Source: an uncultured Actinomycetes bacterium
Lineage (GTDB): Bacteria; Actinomycetota; Acidimicrobiia; Spongiisociales; DATADW01
Assembly (NCBI GenBank): GCA_963824995.1
Contig: CAWGRK010000008.1
Location: forward strand, 1 to 64,000
Direction: 5' to 3'
Length of the DNA: 64,000 nt
Shown: piece by piece, positions 9,937 to 21,638 of the stretch
Position numbering within the stretch: the first letter of the stretch is position 1
Layout: each line of letters starts with the position of its first letter
The notes under the pieces: model-generated
Told to the model about the DNA's origin: nothing
Database searches by the model: none
What the model saw: the letters and a program-made list of their open reading frames with translations, nothing else
Position numbers and translations under genes: made by a program

Positions 9937-11685
9937 GTGCCCAGCAACCAGGACGTTGTCAGAATCCTGCGCGAGCTGGTGCTCCTCACCCAGCTAGAAG
10001 AGAGTGCGGCCCAGTCCTTCCGGATCCGAGCCTACGAGTCCGGCGTCCAGGCGGTGGCAGACATGGCCCGCCCGGTGGAGACGATGACCGATGCGGAGCT
10101 CACAGCGGTGCCCGGAATCGGCAAGGGGATAGCTGCCCGGATCAGGGAATACCTCGACACCGGGAGCATCGCAAAGGTGGTCGAGCTGCGGGCCCAGTTC
10201 CCCCCAGCCATGGTCGAGCTGACGCGCATACCCGGGATGGGACCGAAAACGATCCGCCTGCTCCACACCCACCTCGGCATCGACAGCCTCGAGGCCCTGC
10301 AGGCGGCGCTCGATGCGGGCAAGATCCGCGACGTCCCCGGACTCGGCGCCAAGACCGAGGACAACCTCCGGCGCGCTATCGGCCGCCTCGGGCTCCACGG
10401 CAAGGAGCGGAGGACCCCCATCGCCGAAGCCATGCCGATCGCAGTCGAGGTGGCCGCCGCTCTCGCCGGCATCCCCGGGGTCGTGGCGGCGGTCCCCTGC
10501 GGGAGCATCCGCCGACTCGCAGAGACAATCGGTGACGCCGATGTCGTGGTGGCCACCAAGGACCCCGAGCCGGTCATGGAGCGTTTCGTGTCGATGGGAC
10601 TGGTCACCGAGGTGCTCGCCAGGGGCGAGACCAAGACATCGATCCTCTCTACGACAGGGCTCCAGGTAGATCTGCGCGTCGTGCGCCCCGAGCAGCTTGG
10701 CGCCGCATTGGTCTACTTCACCGGCTCGAAGGCCCACAACATCGACCTGCGGCAGCGCGCTATCGACCGCGGGCTGATCCTCAACGAGTACTCGCTGGCC
10801 GTGGTGGAGACAGAGGAGGTGGTGGCGTCGGCAACGGAGGAGGACGTTTACGCCGCCCTCGACCTCCCCTGGATACCTCCACCCATGCGCGAACACTCCG
10901 GTGAGATTCTCGCCGCGGCCCGCTCGGAGCTGCCCGACTTGGTCCAACTCGAAGACATCATGGGGGACCTCCACGACCACACCCATCTCTCCGGTGACGG
11001 GCGCGCCTCGCTCGAGGTGATGGTGGAGGCTGCTGCCAAGCGCGGGCTCCACTACCTGGCGATCACCGATCACGGCGAGGACCTCCCCATAAACGGCGCA
11101 ACCAGGGAGCAGTTGTTGGCACAGCGGAAGCGGATCCGGAAGCTGCAGGGGAGCTACCCCGACCTGCGACTGCTCCACGGGTGCGAGCTCAACATCGGCC
11201 CCGATGGTGGGCTCGACTACGACACCGACTTCCTCCTCGGTTTCGATTGGTGTGTCGCCAGCGTCCACTCCCACTTCGACCTGCCGGTAGCACGGCAGAC
11301 CGCCAGGGTGACGGCGGTGATGCGGCATCCCGCGGTCAACGTCATAGGTCACCTAACCGGGAGGATGATCGGCCACCGGCCCGGCATCGAACTGGACCTG
11401 GACGAGGTCTTCGCGGCCGCCGTCGAGACCGGGACCGGACTCGAGATCAATGGCGCGCTGGAACGACTCGACGTGCCGGCCCCCGCCCTGCGGCTGGCCG
11501 GGGGACGCGGTGTGGTGTTCGTGATATCGACCGACTCCCATCACCCCGACGACATGCGCCGGATGGAGTGGGGCGTGCTCAACGCTCAGCGTGGATGGGT
11601 CGAGAAGGACTCGATCGCCAACACCTGGGAGACAGAACGGTTCATGGAGTGGGCTGGAAGCAAGCGCGCCCGTTGGGAAGGGTAG
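9937..11685 (+). CDS. polX: DNA polymerase X / PHP 3'-5' exonuclease
   Basis: HhH motifs (VPGIGKG, IPGMGPK), GSIRR, catalytic GDAD and QVDLR, YFTGSKAHN; PHP motifs DLHDHT, ITDH, STDSHH. Confidence 0.95.
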   Translation: MPSNQDVVRILRELVLLTQLEESAAQSFRIRAYESGVQAVADMARPVETMTDAELTAVPGIGKGIAARIREYLDTGSIAKVVELRAQFPPAMVELTRIPGMGPKTIRLLHTHLGIDSLEALQAALDAGKIRDVPGLGAKTEDNLRRAIGRLGLHGKERRTPIAEAMPIAVEVAAALAGIPGVVAAVPCGSIRRLAETIGDADVVVATKDPEPVMERFVSMGLVTEVLARGETKTSILSTTGLQVDLRVVRPEQLGAALVYFTGSKAHNIDLRQRAIDRGLILNEYSLAVVETEEVVASATEEDVYAALDLPWIPPPMREHSGEILAAARSELPDLVQLEDIMGDLHDHTHLSGDGRASLEVMVEAAAKRGLHYLAITDHGEDLPINGATREQLLAQRKRIRKLQGSYPDLRLLHGCELNIGPDGGLDYDTDFLLGFDWCVASVHSHFDLPVARQTARVTAVMRHPAVNVIGHLTGRMIGHRPGIELDLDEVFAAAVETGTGLEINGALERLDVPAPALRLAGGRGVVFVISTDSHHPDDMRRMEWGVLNAQRGWVEKDSIANTWETERFMEWAGSKRARWEG

Positions 11686-11705
11686 GACGGCGGACGGCGG
11701 ACGGC
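11685..11705 (+). repeat. GGACGGC heptamer x3 directly after the polX stop
   Basis: ggacggc ggacggc ggacggc. Confidence 0.85.
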
Positions 11706-11818
11706 GGCCAATCCAAAGTGCGTCCCCCGCGCAGGTCGAAAGGAGTCCCGCTGCGGAGGACGCGGATTACCAGCCCTCACGCCTCACGTCGGGTACTGCG
11801 AGCGAAGCGATTGCCCTC

Positions 11819-12618
11819 CTACCGCGCTACCGCCTTGCGGTACTGGCGGATCGAGAGCGGGACGAACACGACCAGAAACACCACGATCCAGATGAGCGAC
11901 ATGAGGATCGGGTTCTGCATGGGCCACACATCCGGAGGCGGGAAGGCCGGGTCGGTGTTGCCGAACAACTCGCGCGCCGCCAGCGTGACCGCAGACACCG
12001 GGTTCCACTCAGCGAACGTCTTCAACGGGCCAGGGAGATTCTCGATGGGGACAAAGGCGTTGGAGATGAAGGTCAGAGGGAAGATGGCGATGAAGGTGGC
12101 GTTGTTGAACACCTCGGGGCTCCGCACCGACAGCCCGAGCGCCGCCATCGCCCAGGAGAGGGCGTAGGCAAAGAGCAGCAGCAGTCCGAACCCGGCCAGG
12201 GCCGAAGGAATCCCGTTGTATATCCGCCAGCCCACGATCAGGGCTGTCAGCGCCATGACCACAAGCACCAGGACGTTGTTGACCACGTCGCTGGTGGTCC
12301 TCCCCACCAGCACGGCGGACCGGGCCATGGGCAGCGAGCGAAAGCGGTCGATGATCCCCTTCTGGATGTCGGTTGCCAGTCCCGAACCGGTGATGGTGGC
12401 GCCGAACACCACGGTCTGAGCGAAGATCCCTGCCATGAGGAACTCCGTGTAGGAGACCCCTGGCACTTCGATGGAGCCGCCAAAGACGTAGGCGAACAGC
12501 AGCACGAACATGATCGGGGAAAGAGTCGAGAAGATCAGCAGGTCGGGGACACGCTTGATCTTGATGAGGTTGCGCTTTGCCATCACCGCCCCGTCGGCCA
12601 GCGCACGCGACATGGTGG

Positions 12619-12622
<4 letters not shown>
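11819..12622 (-). CDS. ABC-2 exporter permease (DrrB-like)
   Basis: PIMFVLLFAYVFGG, GIIDRFRSLPM, FISNAFVP, FAEWNPVS. Confidence 0.92.
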
Positions 12623-13620
<998 letters not shown>

Positions 13621-13642
13621 GTGATTGCTCCCCTAGTGACGC

Positions 13643-13790
13643 CCGGCACCATAGAGCGGCGCCGGACCTATCAAGACATCGATTTACTCGCCTTTGCGGA
13701 CGACTTCAGTCCGCAATACCTGACTCCTTGGCATCTCTTTCCGTATGGACGTACGAGCGCACCCATACTCATCGGTCGTTCAGGAGCCAG
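13643..13790 (-). promoter_or_regulatory. Putative structured 5' leader and/or operator of the drrAB-like operon
   Basis: Stem 13720-13728/13782-13790 enclosing an inner stem 13743-13768; perfect inverted repeat TTGCGGAC-N7-GTCCGCAA at 13694-13716; stem 13643-13665. Confidence 0.4.
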
Positions 13791-13810
13791 CCCAACCGTG
13801 GAGGGAGCTT

Positions 13811-14410
13811 TCAGTCCCCTTCCAGATCCTCCAACGGTTGCCACACGTTGGCCCGTTCGAGCAGATAGACGCAGACATCGCGTCCCCGGTCGAGCACGTC
13901 GCACAGTTGCTCGCGACCCATGAACACGTCCACCAGCGAGACCTGGACGCGACCCACGATGGACAGACGACGCTCAGGCCCGGCGGTCAGAGCGCCGTAC
14001 GAGTCGGTGGCAGCTATCTCCAGAGGGAGATCGGGTCCGGCGACGCCGGCCAACTCGGTAGCGAGGACGAGCAGGTCGGGGGGATCCGCCAGCGGCGGGA
14101 GGGACCAGTTGAAGAACACCGGGAGGCGATAGACGTCCTCCGGTTCGGGGAATTCGTCCGCTTCGGCGAATTCCCGCTCGATCTCACCCACCCGGTCTTC
14201 GAAGGCGAGCAGCACCCGCGGGTCGACCTCGAGCGTGAGATGCAGGTCGAGCGGCCCCCCGCACGCCTCCTCCGGATGCACGTCCACCTCGAAGGCCTGG
14301 CGGAGCGAGTACGTCTCGATGTACTGACGCTCGTCGTGGACGTGGAACCCATGGTCGATGGCGTGGTCCTTGAGTTCGGCGATGAATCCAGAAATGTCGA
14401 CGGCAGCCAT
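13811..14410 (-). CDS. Hypothetical acidic protein
   Basis: 199-aa ORF from ATG 14410 with AGGAGG RBS and GC3-rich codons; no family recognised. Confidence 0.7.
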   Translation of the reverse strand: MAAVDISGFIAELKDHAIDHGFHVHDERQYIETYSLRQAFEVDVHPEEACGGPLDLHLTLEVDPRVLLAFEDRVGEIEREFAEADEFPEPEDVYRLPVFFNWSLPPLADPPDLLVLATELAGVAGPDLPLEIAATDSYGALTAGPERRLSIVGRVQVSLVDVFMGREQLCDVLDRGRDVCVYLLERANVWQPLEDLEGD

Positions 14411-14463
14411 TTGTTGGACTACCTCCTGGGGATGGGCCGTTGACCGCAGCCTAGGGTGGCCGA

Positions 14464-15144
14464 GTGTCACGCTCCTTCGGCACTGAGTTGTTCCGCTTCC
14501 TGGCAGACCTCGAGGAGAACAACAACCGGGAGTGGTTCAATCAGAACAAGAGCCGCTACGAGGAGCACGTGCGCGAACCGGCGCTGCAGTTCGTTGCCGA
14601 CGTCGCTCCCGGGCTCCGCAAGCTGAGCAAGCGGTTGGTGGCGGACCCGCGGCCCATCGGCGGTTCGGTGTTCCGCATCTACCGCGACACCCGGTTCTCC
14701 AAAGACAAGACCCCGTACAAAACGCACGTCGGGATCCACTTCTGGCACCAATCGAAGAGCGATGGGGCACCGGTCATCTACCTCCATCTCGAACCGGGAG
14801 AGTGCTTTTCGATAGGTGGGATTCACGCACCTCCCACGGCGCAGGCGCGCCAGGTGCGAGCCGCGATCGCAGATGACCCCGCCGGGTGGAGGCGGGTCAG
14901 CCGGGGAGGAAGGGTGCCCGAGCGCTTCTCGCTCGGCGAGCACGAAAGGTTGCAGCGAGTGCCAACCGAGTTCAGGGACAGTCCGGTGGCAGACGACCTC
15001 CGGCTCAAGGAGTTCATGCTCTCGACCAGGCTCACCCAACAGGAGGTGACGGCCGACGGCTTCGTCGATTGGTACATCGGCCTGATGCGCCCGGTCGTGC
15101 CGTTCATGCGGTTCGTGGGGGAAGCGGTCGGCGTCGAGGTGTGA
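14464..15144 (+). CDS. DUF2461 (TIGR02453) family protein
   Basis: NNNREWF and FRIYRDTRFSKDKTPYK. Confidence 0.92.
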   Translation: MSRSFGTELFRFLADLEENNNREWFNQNKSRYEEHVREPALQFVADVAPGLRKLSKRLVADPRPIGGSVFRIYRDTRFSKDKTPYKTHVGIHFWHQSKSDGAPVIYLHLEPGECFSIGGIHAPPTAQARQVRAAIADDPAGWRRVSRGGRVPERFSLGEHERLQRVPTEFRDSPVADDLRLKEFMLSTRLTQQEVTADGFVDWYIGLMRPVVPFMRFVGEAVGVEV

Positions 15145-16128
15145 CTAGGCCCTGATCTCCTGGCGCATGAAGCTCACGTATGCCACCGCGAAGCTCACCA
15201 CCGTCAGCGCCACCAAGCCGACTATCTGGGGCCAGACGATGAGCAGGCTCTGCCCGAGCGGCAGGCTCGACGGAAGGGCCTGGTCGATCTGCTCCAAAGT
15301 GACAACCCCGACGGCGCGTTGCGCCGGGTTGAGCAGCACCTGCGTTGCCTCCTGGAAGAGGGTGATCGGAGAGAGGCGCGACAGGGCGAGGTTGGTCTGG
15401 AGGTTGGCGAGTTGCTCGGCCGGGGACGGGCCGATCGGCGAGATCACCCCGGCGATGACACTGGCCAGGAGCGCTCCGAAAAGCGCCAGCACCAGCCAGA
15501 CGGCAAGGGCGACCAGCGCCGATGTCGCCGCCCGTCGCGACAAGACCGAGCAGACCATGGCAAAGGCAAGCCATAGACCGACGTAGATGATCGAGACCAA
15601 CAGCCAAACGGCGAGGCGGAACACCTCCGAGAGCGTGGGGACGAGTCCCAGTCGGAATATCCCGATACCCGACACGAGCAGCACCACGGCGGTGAGCATG
15701 ATGGCGATCACGGTCAATCCGGCGACGAACTTCCCATTGATCACGTCGTCGCGGTGGATCGGCTGCGAAACGAGTCTGGGGAGCGTTCCCTGCGACCGTT
15801 CGCTGTTCACCGCATCGAATCCGAAGCCGATCCCGAGCAGTGGGGCGAGGAACCCGACGAAGAAGTAGAACGGAAACGGGATGGGGTCGGCGTTCTGTGT
15901 GAAGAGCAGGAGGAAAAGGTCGGCGGTGCCCGTGGCATCCGGCGCCACGTCGCGGATGGCGTTGGCCACCGAATAGACCGAACCCACCGCGGCCAAGCCC
16001 AGAACCACCAGAAGCACGACGAACCTGGCAGACAGCACATGATCGGCCAGTTCCTTGCGAGCCACGACAGCCCAACCGCGCTTGAGGTCGCGTTGGGGGG
16101 CTGCAGCGGTCTCAGTGGCCGTCGTCAT
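15145..16128 (-). CDS. ABC-2 type permease (NosY-like)
   Basis: VVARKELADH, GFDAVNSERSQGTL, QPIHRDDVINGK, FMRQEIRA. Confidence 0.88.
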   Translation of the reverse strand: MTTATETAAAPQRDLKRGWAVVARKELADHVLSARFVVLLVVLGLAAVGSVYSVANAIRDVAPDATGTADLFLLLFTQNADPIPFPFYFFVGFLAPLLGIGFGFDAVNSERSQGTLPRLVSQPIHRDDVINGKFVAGLTVIAIMLTAVVLLVSGIGIFRLGLVPTLSEVFRLAVWLLVSIIYVGLWLAFAMVCSVLSRRAATSALVALAVWLVLALFGALLASVIAGVISPIGPSPAEQLANLQTNLALSRLSPITLFQEATQVLLNPAQRAVGVVTLEQIDQALPSSLPLGQSLLIVWPQIVGLVALTVVSFAVAYVSFMRQEIRA

Positions 16129-17068
16129 CGGCCACCTCCTCTCCGTGGTACACCCTGCGGTACACCTCGTCCAGGTCGGGCTCGACCGGCTCGACCCGTT
16201 GCACCGGGACACCTGCACCGACCAAAGCCGCCACCACCCTTGGGGTGACACCGAGTGGGCCGCTCAGCCTCCAATGGCCGGTGCGAACCTGCTCGACATC
16301 GGCCAATCCGGGCACCGAGGAAAGGGCCCCGGTCACCCTGGTGGCGTCGGCGTCAGTCTCGAGCTCGATCCAACCGCCACCCCCGGCCGCCTGCCGCGCC
16401 AGTTCCGAGACTGGACCCTGGGCCACCAGACGCCCTTCGACGAAGATTCCCACCCGATCGCAAACCGACTGGACCTGGTGGAGAAGGTGGCTGGAGAGCA
16501 GCAACGTCACCCCGCGCTCGTCGGCCAGTCTCCTGATCAGCGCCAGGATCTCGGCGACGCCCTCGGGGTCGATGGACACCGTCGGCTCGTCGAGGATCAG
16601 GATCTTGGGATCCTTGACCAGCGCGTCGGCGATGCCGAGCCTCTGCCTCATTCCCCTCGAGTAGGTGCCGACCGCCCGGTCGGCCGCATCGGCCAGCCCG
16701 ACCTCGCCGAGCAACGACTCGAGCCTTGGCTCACGCTCGTCCTTCCCCAGCCCGTTGAGCCTCGCCGTGTACCTGAGGTTCTCCCTGCCGGTCATCCCCT
16801 CGTAGAAGCCCACGGCGTCGGGCAGGTACCCCACAACCTGCTTCACCTCGATCGGCTGCCTGGCCGGGTCGAACCCGACGACCGTCGCCGTCCCCGATGT
16901 CGGCTCGCTGAGCCCGAGACACATCAGGATGGTCGTGGTCTTGCCCGCACCGTTCGGACCGAGCAACCCGAACACCTCGCCCTCGTTGACCTTGAGGTCG
17001 AGATGGTCGACCACCACGCGGTCGCCGTACTGCTTGGTCAGGCCTCTGGTGACGATGGCCGCGGCCAC
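16112..17068 (-). CDS. ABC transporter ATP-binding protein
   Basis: GPNGAGKT, YSRGMRQRLG, LDEPT, LSSH. Confidence 0.95.
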   Translation of the reverse strand: MAAAIVTRGLTKQYGDRVVVDHLDLKVNEGEVFGLLGPNGAGKTTTILMCLGLSEPTSGTATVVGFDPARQPIEVKQVVGYLPDAVGFYEGMTGRENLRYTARLNGLGKDEREPRLESLLGEVGLADAADRAVGTYSRGMRQRLGIADALVKDPKILILDEPTVSIDPEGVAEILALIRRLADERGVTLLLSSHLLHQVQSVCDRVGIFVEGRLVAQGPVSELARQAAGGGGWIELETDADATRVTGALSSVPGLADVEQVRTGHWRLSGPLGVTPRVVAALVGAGVPVQRVEPVEPDLDEVYRRVYHGEEVADDDGH

Positions 17069-17071
17069 CGG

Positions 17072-18268
17072 CTACCTCCGGCCGTAGCGGCGGAACACCC
17101 AGGCGAGGCCGGCGAAGGCGAGCACGATCACTCCCACACCGACCAGCCCCCATAGTGCTGATGTGTTGACGGTGACCCTCAACTCGAGCTCGTCGGTGGC
17201 GTCGGTGTCAGGTGCCGAGGCGTTGACCGTGAGCCGGTAGTCGCCCGCCAGTGCCTCGCCCGATGGGGTGATGGTCGCCGTGACCTGCGCCGAATCTCCG
17301 GGGAGGATCTCGGTGACCCCGAGCTCGGAGAACGTCACGTCCCACCCGGTCGGCACCGTGCCGGTGGTGAGCTCGACTCCTAACAGCGGAGATGTGCCTT
17401 CGTTCACCACGAGCAGCGCAACCTCGGTGGCCTGGCCTGCAGTGGCCTCGGCATTGAGGACCTCATCGGGGGTGGTCAGTGTGAGGGCGTAGCTGCCGGT
17501 GATGGTCACCGCCACCTCGGTCTCAACCGTCTGCCCACCACCAACCGCCTGGACCAGGATCGGGTATGTCTCGGCCGGTGCCGCCGGGTTGGGGCGCACC
17601 TCGACTGTCAGCGCGCCGCTCTCGCCTGGGGGGACGGTCAGGGTCGCCGCCTGGGTGTCCGTTGCCGGACGTGCCTCGACAAACCATCCCTCGGGCCCTG
17701 CCGCCTGCAACTGGAAACTGACCTCACGAGGTGTGTCGTTGGTCAGGTCCAGGTCGAAGCTGAAGGTGGTATCGGCGCTGTCGCGGAGCTCCGGCGAGTC
17801 GGTCGTGAGTTCGACTGAGCCACCGGCGGCAGCGGCGAGCCGCAGTTCGATCGGCAGCTCGGTGTTCCCACTGTCTGCTCTGGCGGCAACGGTGAGCTCG
17901 TAATCACCTTCTTCCGCATCCTCGGGAACCTCGACCTCGAGGTCGATCACCGGCGGTATCTCCTCGACGACCACCTGTGATACCTCGAACCCGCCGCCCC
18001 GGAGGGACCCTGTCCACCCCTCGGGCAGCCCCTCAAGGGAAAGGGCGACCCGGTCGCCGATCGGTCCGTTGACTGTGATGCTGAAAGTGGCGCTGCTCCC
18101 GGGTTCGACAGCTACACCGGCGAACGGCGTGGTGATCTGCACACTGTCGGGACGGGGAGTGGTGGTCTCGGTCTCCTGGGCGAGCGCCGGCGCCGCGCCG
18201 GCGATGAGGACCAACCCGACCACCGGGATCAGCAGCCGAGTGACGCGCCATCGACGGGCACTCCGCAT
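17072..18268 (-). CDS. Secreted, C-terminally anchored Ig-like repeat protein (NEW3/COG1470-like)
   Basis: Signal peptide ending ALA-Q, three beta-rich repeats each with PxGW, C-terminal TM helix plus FRRYGRR. Confidence 0.8.
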   Translation of the reverse strand: MRSARRWRVTRLLIPVVGLVLIAGAAPALAQETETTTPRPDSVQITTPFAGVAVEPGSSATFSITVNGPIGDRVALSLEGLPEGWTGSLRGGGFEVSQVVVEEIPPVIDLEVEVPEDAEEGDYELTVAARADSGNTELPIELRLAAAAGGSVELTTDSPELRDSADTTFSFDLDLTNDTPREVSFQLQAAGPEGWFVEARPATDTQAATLTVPPGESGALTVEVRPNPAAPAETYPILVQAVGGGQTVETEVAVTITGSYALTLTTPDEVLNAEATAGQATEVALLVVNEGTSPLLGVELTTGTVPTGWDVTFSELGVTEILPGDSAQVTATITPSGEALAGDYRLTVNASAPDTDATDELELRVTVNTSALWGLVGVGVIVLAFAGLAWVFRRYGRR

Positions 18269-18387
18269 GTTTCTCCGCCTCCTGTTTCTCGTCGTGATCA
18301 TGGGCCGCAGGGGCCACTGCAGGTTCGTGCCGCCCTCTGGGGGGCGGCAGCGAAACCTGAATCTAGAGGGTCACTCGCATAGACGCC

Positions 18388-19554
<1,167 letters not shown>

Positions 19555-19623
19555 CGATGCTCCTGGCTGGAATTCCTACGGCAAGGTACGTCCAAGCCGC
19601 TAAAGGGGGCGTAAAGAGAGCCA

Positions 19624-19759
19624 GACGGAAGACGGCGGCTCCCCCACCCGGTGAGAGAGGGGGGTCAGGGGAGGGTGATCGCCGTCGGCTCGCCCCCTCC
19701 GCCCCCTCCGCTCACCGGGGGAGGCCGAAAGCACTCCGGCCGTCTGCCGTCCGCCGTCC
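19624..19759. repeat. Long imperfect intergenic hairpin bounded by inverted GGACGGC-like heptamers
   Basis: Outer gacggaagacggcgg / ccgtctgccgtccgccgtcc; inner ccggtgag...ctcaccgg. Confidence 0.6.
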
Positions 19760-19781
19760 CTTTGCTGACTAGAAACCTCCG

Positions 19782-20927
19782 ATGGCTCTCACCAGGGCTA
19801 TTGCCTATCTCACCGGAACACGCTTCGTCGTCAACACCGCGGTGCGGTTCGTCTACCCGTTCCTGCCGGCGATCGCCCGCGGCCTCGGGATCGACTTGAC
19901 CCAAGCGGGGCTCCTGTTGTCGGCAAGGTGGGTGAGCGGTCTGGCCACACCGGCCTTGGTACGCACCAGTGGAGGCGGCAACCGGCGTCTAGTCGTGATC
20001 GGACTCTCTCTGTTCACGGTGGGGATGACCGTCACGGCGGCCAGCGGGGTCTTTTCGGGAGCGCTGGTCGGGTTCGCCGCAGTGGGGCTTGCCGCTCCCA
20101 CATTTGCCCTCGCCGCCCAGTCGTATGTGTCCGATCGGGTTCCCTATCACCGCCGGGCGCGGGCCTTGGCGGTGATGGAGATCACCTGGTCGCTCGCCTT
20201 GTTGCTGGGGGCACCGGCCGCCGGTTGGCTGATCGGCCGCCTCGGCTGGCAGGCGCCGTTCTGGGCGCTGGCGGGCGTAGGCGCCATTGCTGTGATGACC
20301 GTCTGGTGGGCATTGGAGCGGGACACGCCGGCCCCGCTGGGCGCCGCAAGCTCGCTCAGGCTCGATCGGAGGGCCATCACCGTGGTCGCGGTGATGGCAC
20401 TGTTCCTTACCGGGGGTGAGCTGACATTCGTCGTCTACGGGGCCTGGCTCGAGGACCGGTTCGGGCTCGGACTGCTCGCGCTCGGTGCAGTGTCATCGGT
20501 GGTCGGCATCTCCGAACTCACCGGTGAGTCGGCCACCTTCGCTTTCACCGACCGCCTGGGGAAACGGCGTTCGATCGCCTTGGGTCTCGCCGTGGCGATC
20601 GTCGGGTACCTGACTCTGGCCGCGGTGGAGGGCACCCTCGTAGTCGGGGTCGGCGTGTTGGCGGTTGCGCTGCTCGGATTCGAGTTCAGCATCGTGTCCT
20701 GGATCCCTTTGGCAACCGAGGTCAGGCCCATGGCAAGACCCCGGTTCCTGGCGGTTGCCACCATGGTGAGTGCCCTGACCAGAGCGGGTGGCGCCGCGCT
20801 CGGCCCAGCGCTGTACGCCAGGTTCGGGTTGCCGGGCAACGCCGTCGCCAGCGCCCTGCTCAACGCCGCCGCCCTCGCCCTGCTCGTATTCGGCCTTCGT
20901 GAGCGTCCCCCGACCGACTCGACGTAG
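19782..20927 (+). CDS. MFS transporter
   Basis: About 12 hydrophobic segments; TDRLGKRR motif A-like loop. Confidence 0.9.
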   Translation: MALTRAIAYLTGTRFVVNTAVRFVYPFLPAIARGLGIDLTQAGLLLSARWVSGLATPALVRTSGGGNRRLVVIGLSLFTVGMTVTAASGVFSGALVGFAAVGLAAPTFALAAQSYVSDRVPYHRRARALAVMEITWSLALLLGAPAAGWLIGRLGWQAPFWALAGVGAIAVMTVWWALERDTPAPLGAASSLRLDRRAITVVAVMALFLTGGELTFVVYGAWLEDRFGLGLLALGAVSSVVGISELTGESATFAFTDRLGKRRSIALGLAVAIVGYLTLAAVEGTLVVGVGVLAVALLGFEFSIVSWIPLATEVRPMARPRFLAVATMVSALTRAGGAALGPALYARFGLPGNAVASALLNAAALALLVFGLRERPPTDST

Positions 20928-21071
20928 TCCCCGACCATGACCGATCGTTGGGACCGGCCATCCGGCAGATCACCGGCTACGAACGGCACATGATCAGGAG
21001 GAAGCACGGCCCGCGGTCTTGTTACAGATGCACCACGGAGCCGAGGTTTAGGCTCAAAGTGGTGGCAAACG

Positions 21072-21638
21072 ATGACAGAGGCTGAGGGGTTCTCGCCGAC
21101 TCTGACCCACCTGCTGGAGCTTGCCGGTGTCGGCGACCGTGCCGCCTTCGCCGAGTTGTACGACGCGGTGGTGACACGGGTGTTCGGATTGGCACGCAGG
21201 GTTATACGTGATCCTGCACAAGCAGAGGAAGTGGCCCAGGAGGTCATGGTCGATGTCTGGAGGCACGCCCCTCGCTTCGACCCAGCGCTGGGTTCGGCGC
21301 TCTCGTGGATCCTGGCGATCACCCATCGACGCGCCGTGGACCGCGTCCGCTCAGAGGAAGCCTCTCGCCGCCGCACCCAACAAGTGGCGGCCCTCGAGGC
21401 GACCGTTGCCCATGACCCCGCCGGCGAGGCGGCCGAGACCGCCGACCAGGTGGGGCGAGTCCGGGCGGCGTTGGGTGGGTTGACCGATCTGCAACGGCAG
21501 GCCATCGAACTCGCCTACTTCGACGGACTGACCTACCGCCAAGTGGCCGAGGCACTCGACACTCCGCTGGGAACCGTGAAGACGAGGATCAGGGACGGAC
21601 TGCTCCGACTCCGTCCGGTGCTCGAGGACCTTTCATGA
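21072..21638 (+). CDS. sigK: ECF RNA polymerase sigma factor, SigK-like
   Basis: AEEVAQEV, WILAITHRRAVDRVRS, LAYFDGLTY, PLGTVKTRIRDGL. Confidence 0.88.
   Translation: MTEAEGFSPTLTHLLELAGVGDRAAFAELYDAVVTRVFGLARRVIRDPAQAEEVAQEVMVDVWRHAPRFDPALGSALSWILAITHRRAVDRVRSEEASRRRTQQVAALEATVAHDPAGEAAETADQVGRVRAALGGLTDLQRQAIELAYFDGLTYRQVAEALDTPLGTVKTRIRDGLLRLRPVLEDLS

Noticed and set aside
13736..13776. Hammerhead-ribozyme-like CCGAUGA-stem-GGAAA on the minus strand
   Set aside because: The core deviates (CCGA for CUGA, an extra G before GAAA) and stems I and III with a cleavage triplet cannot be formed.
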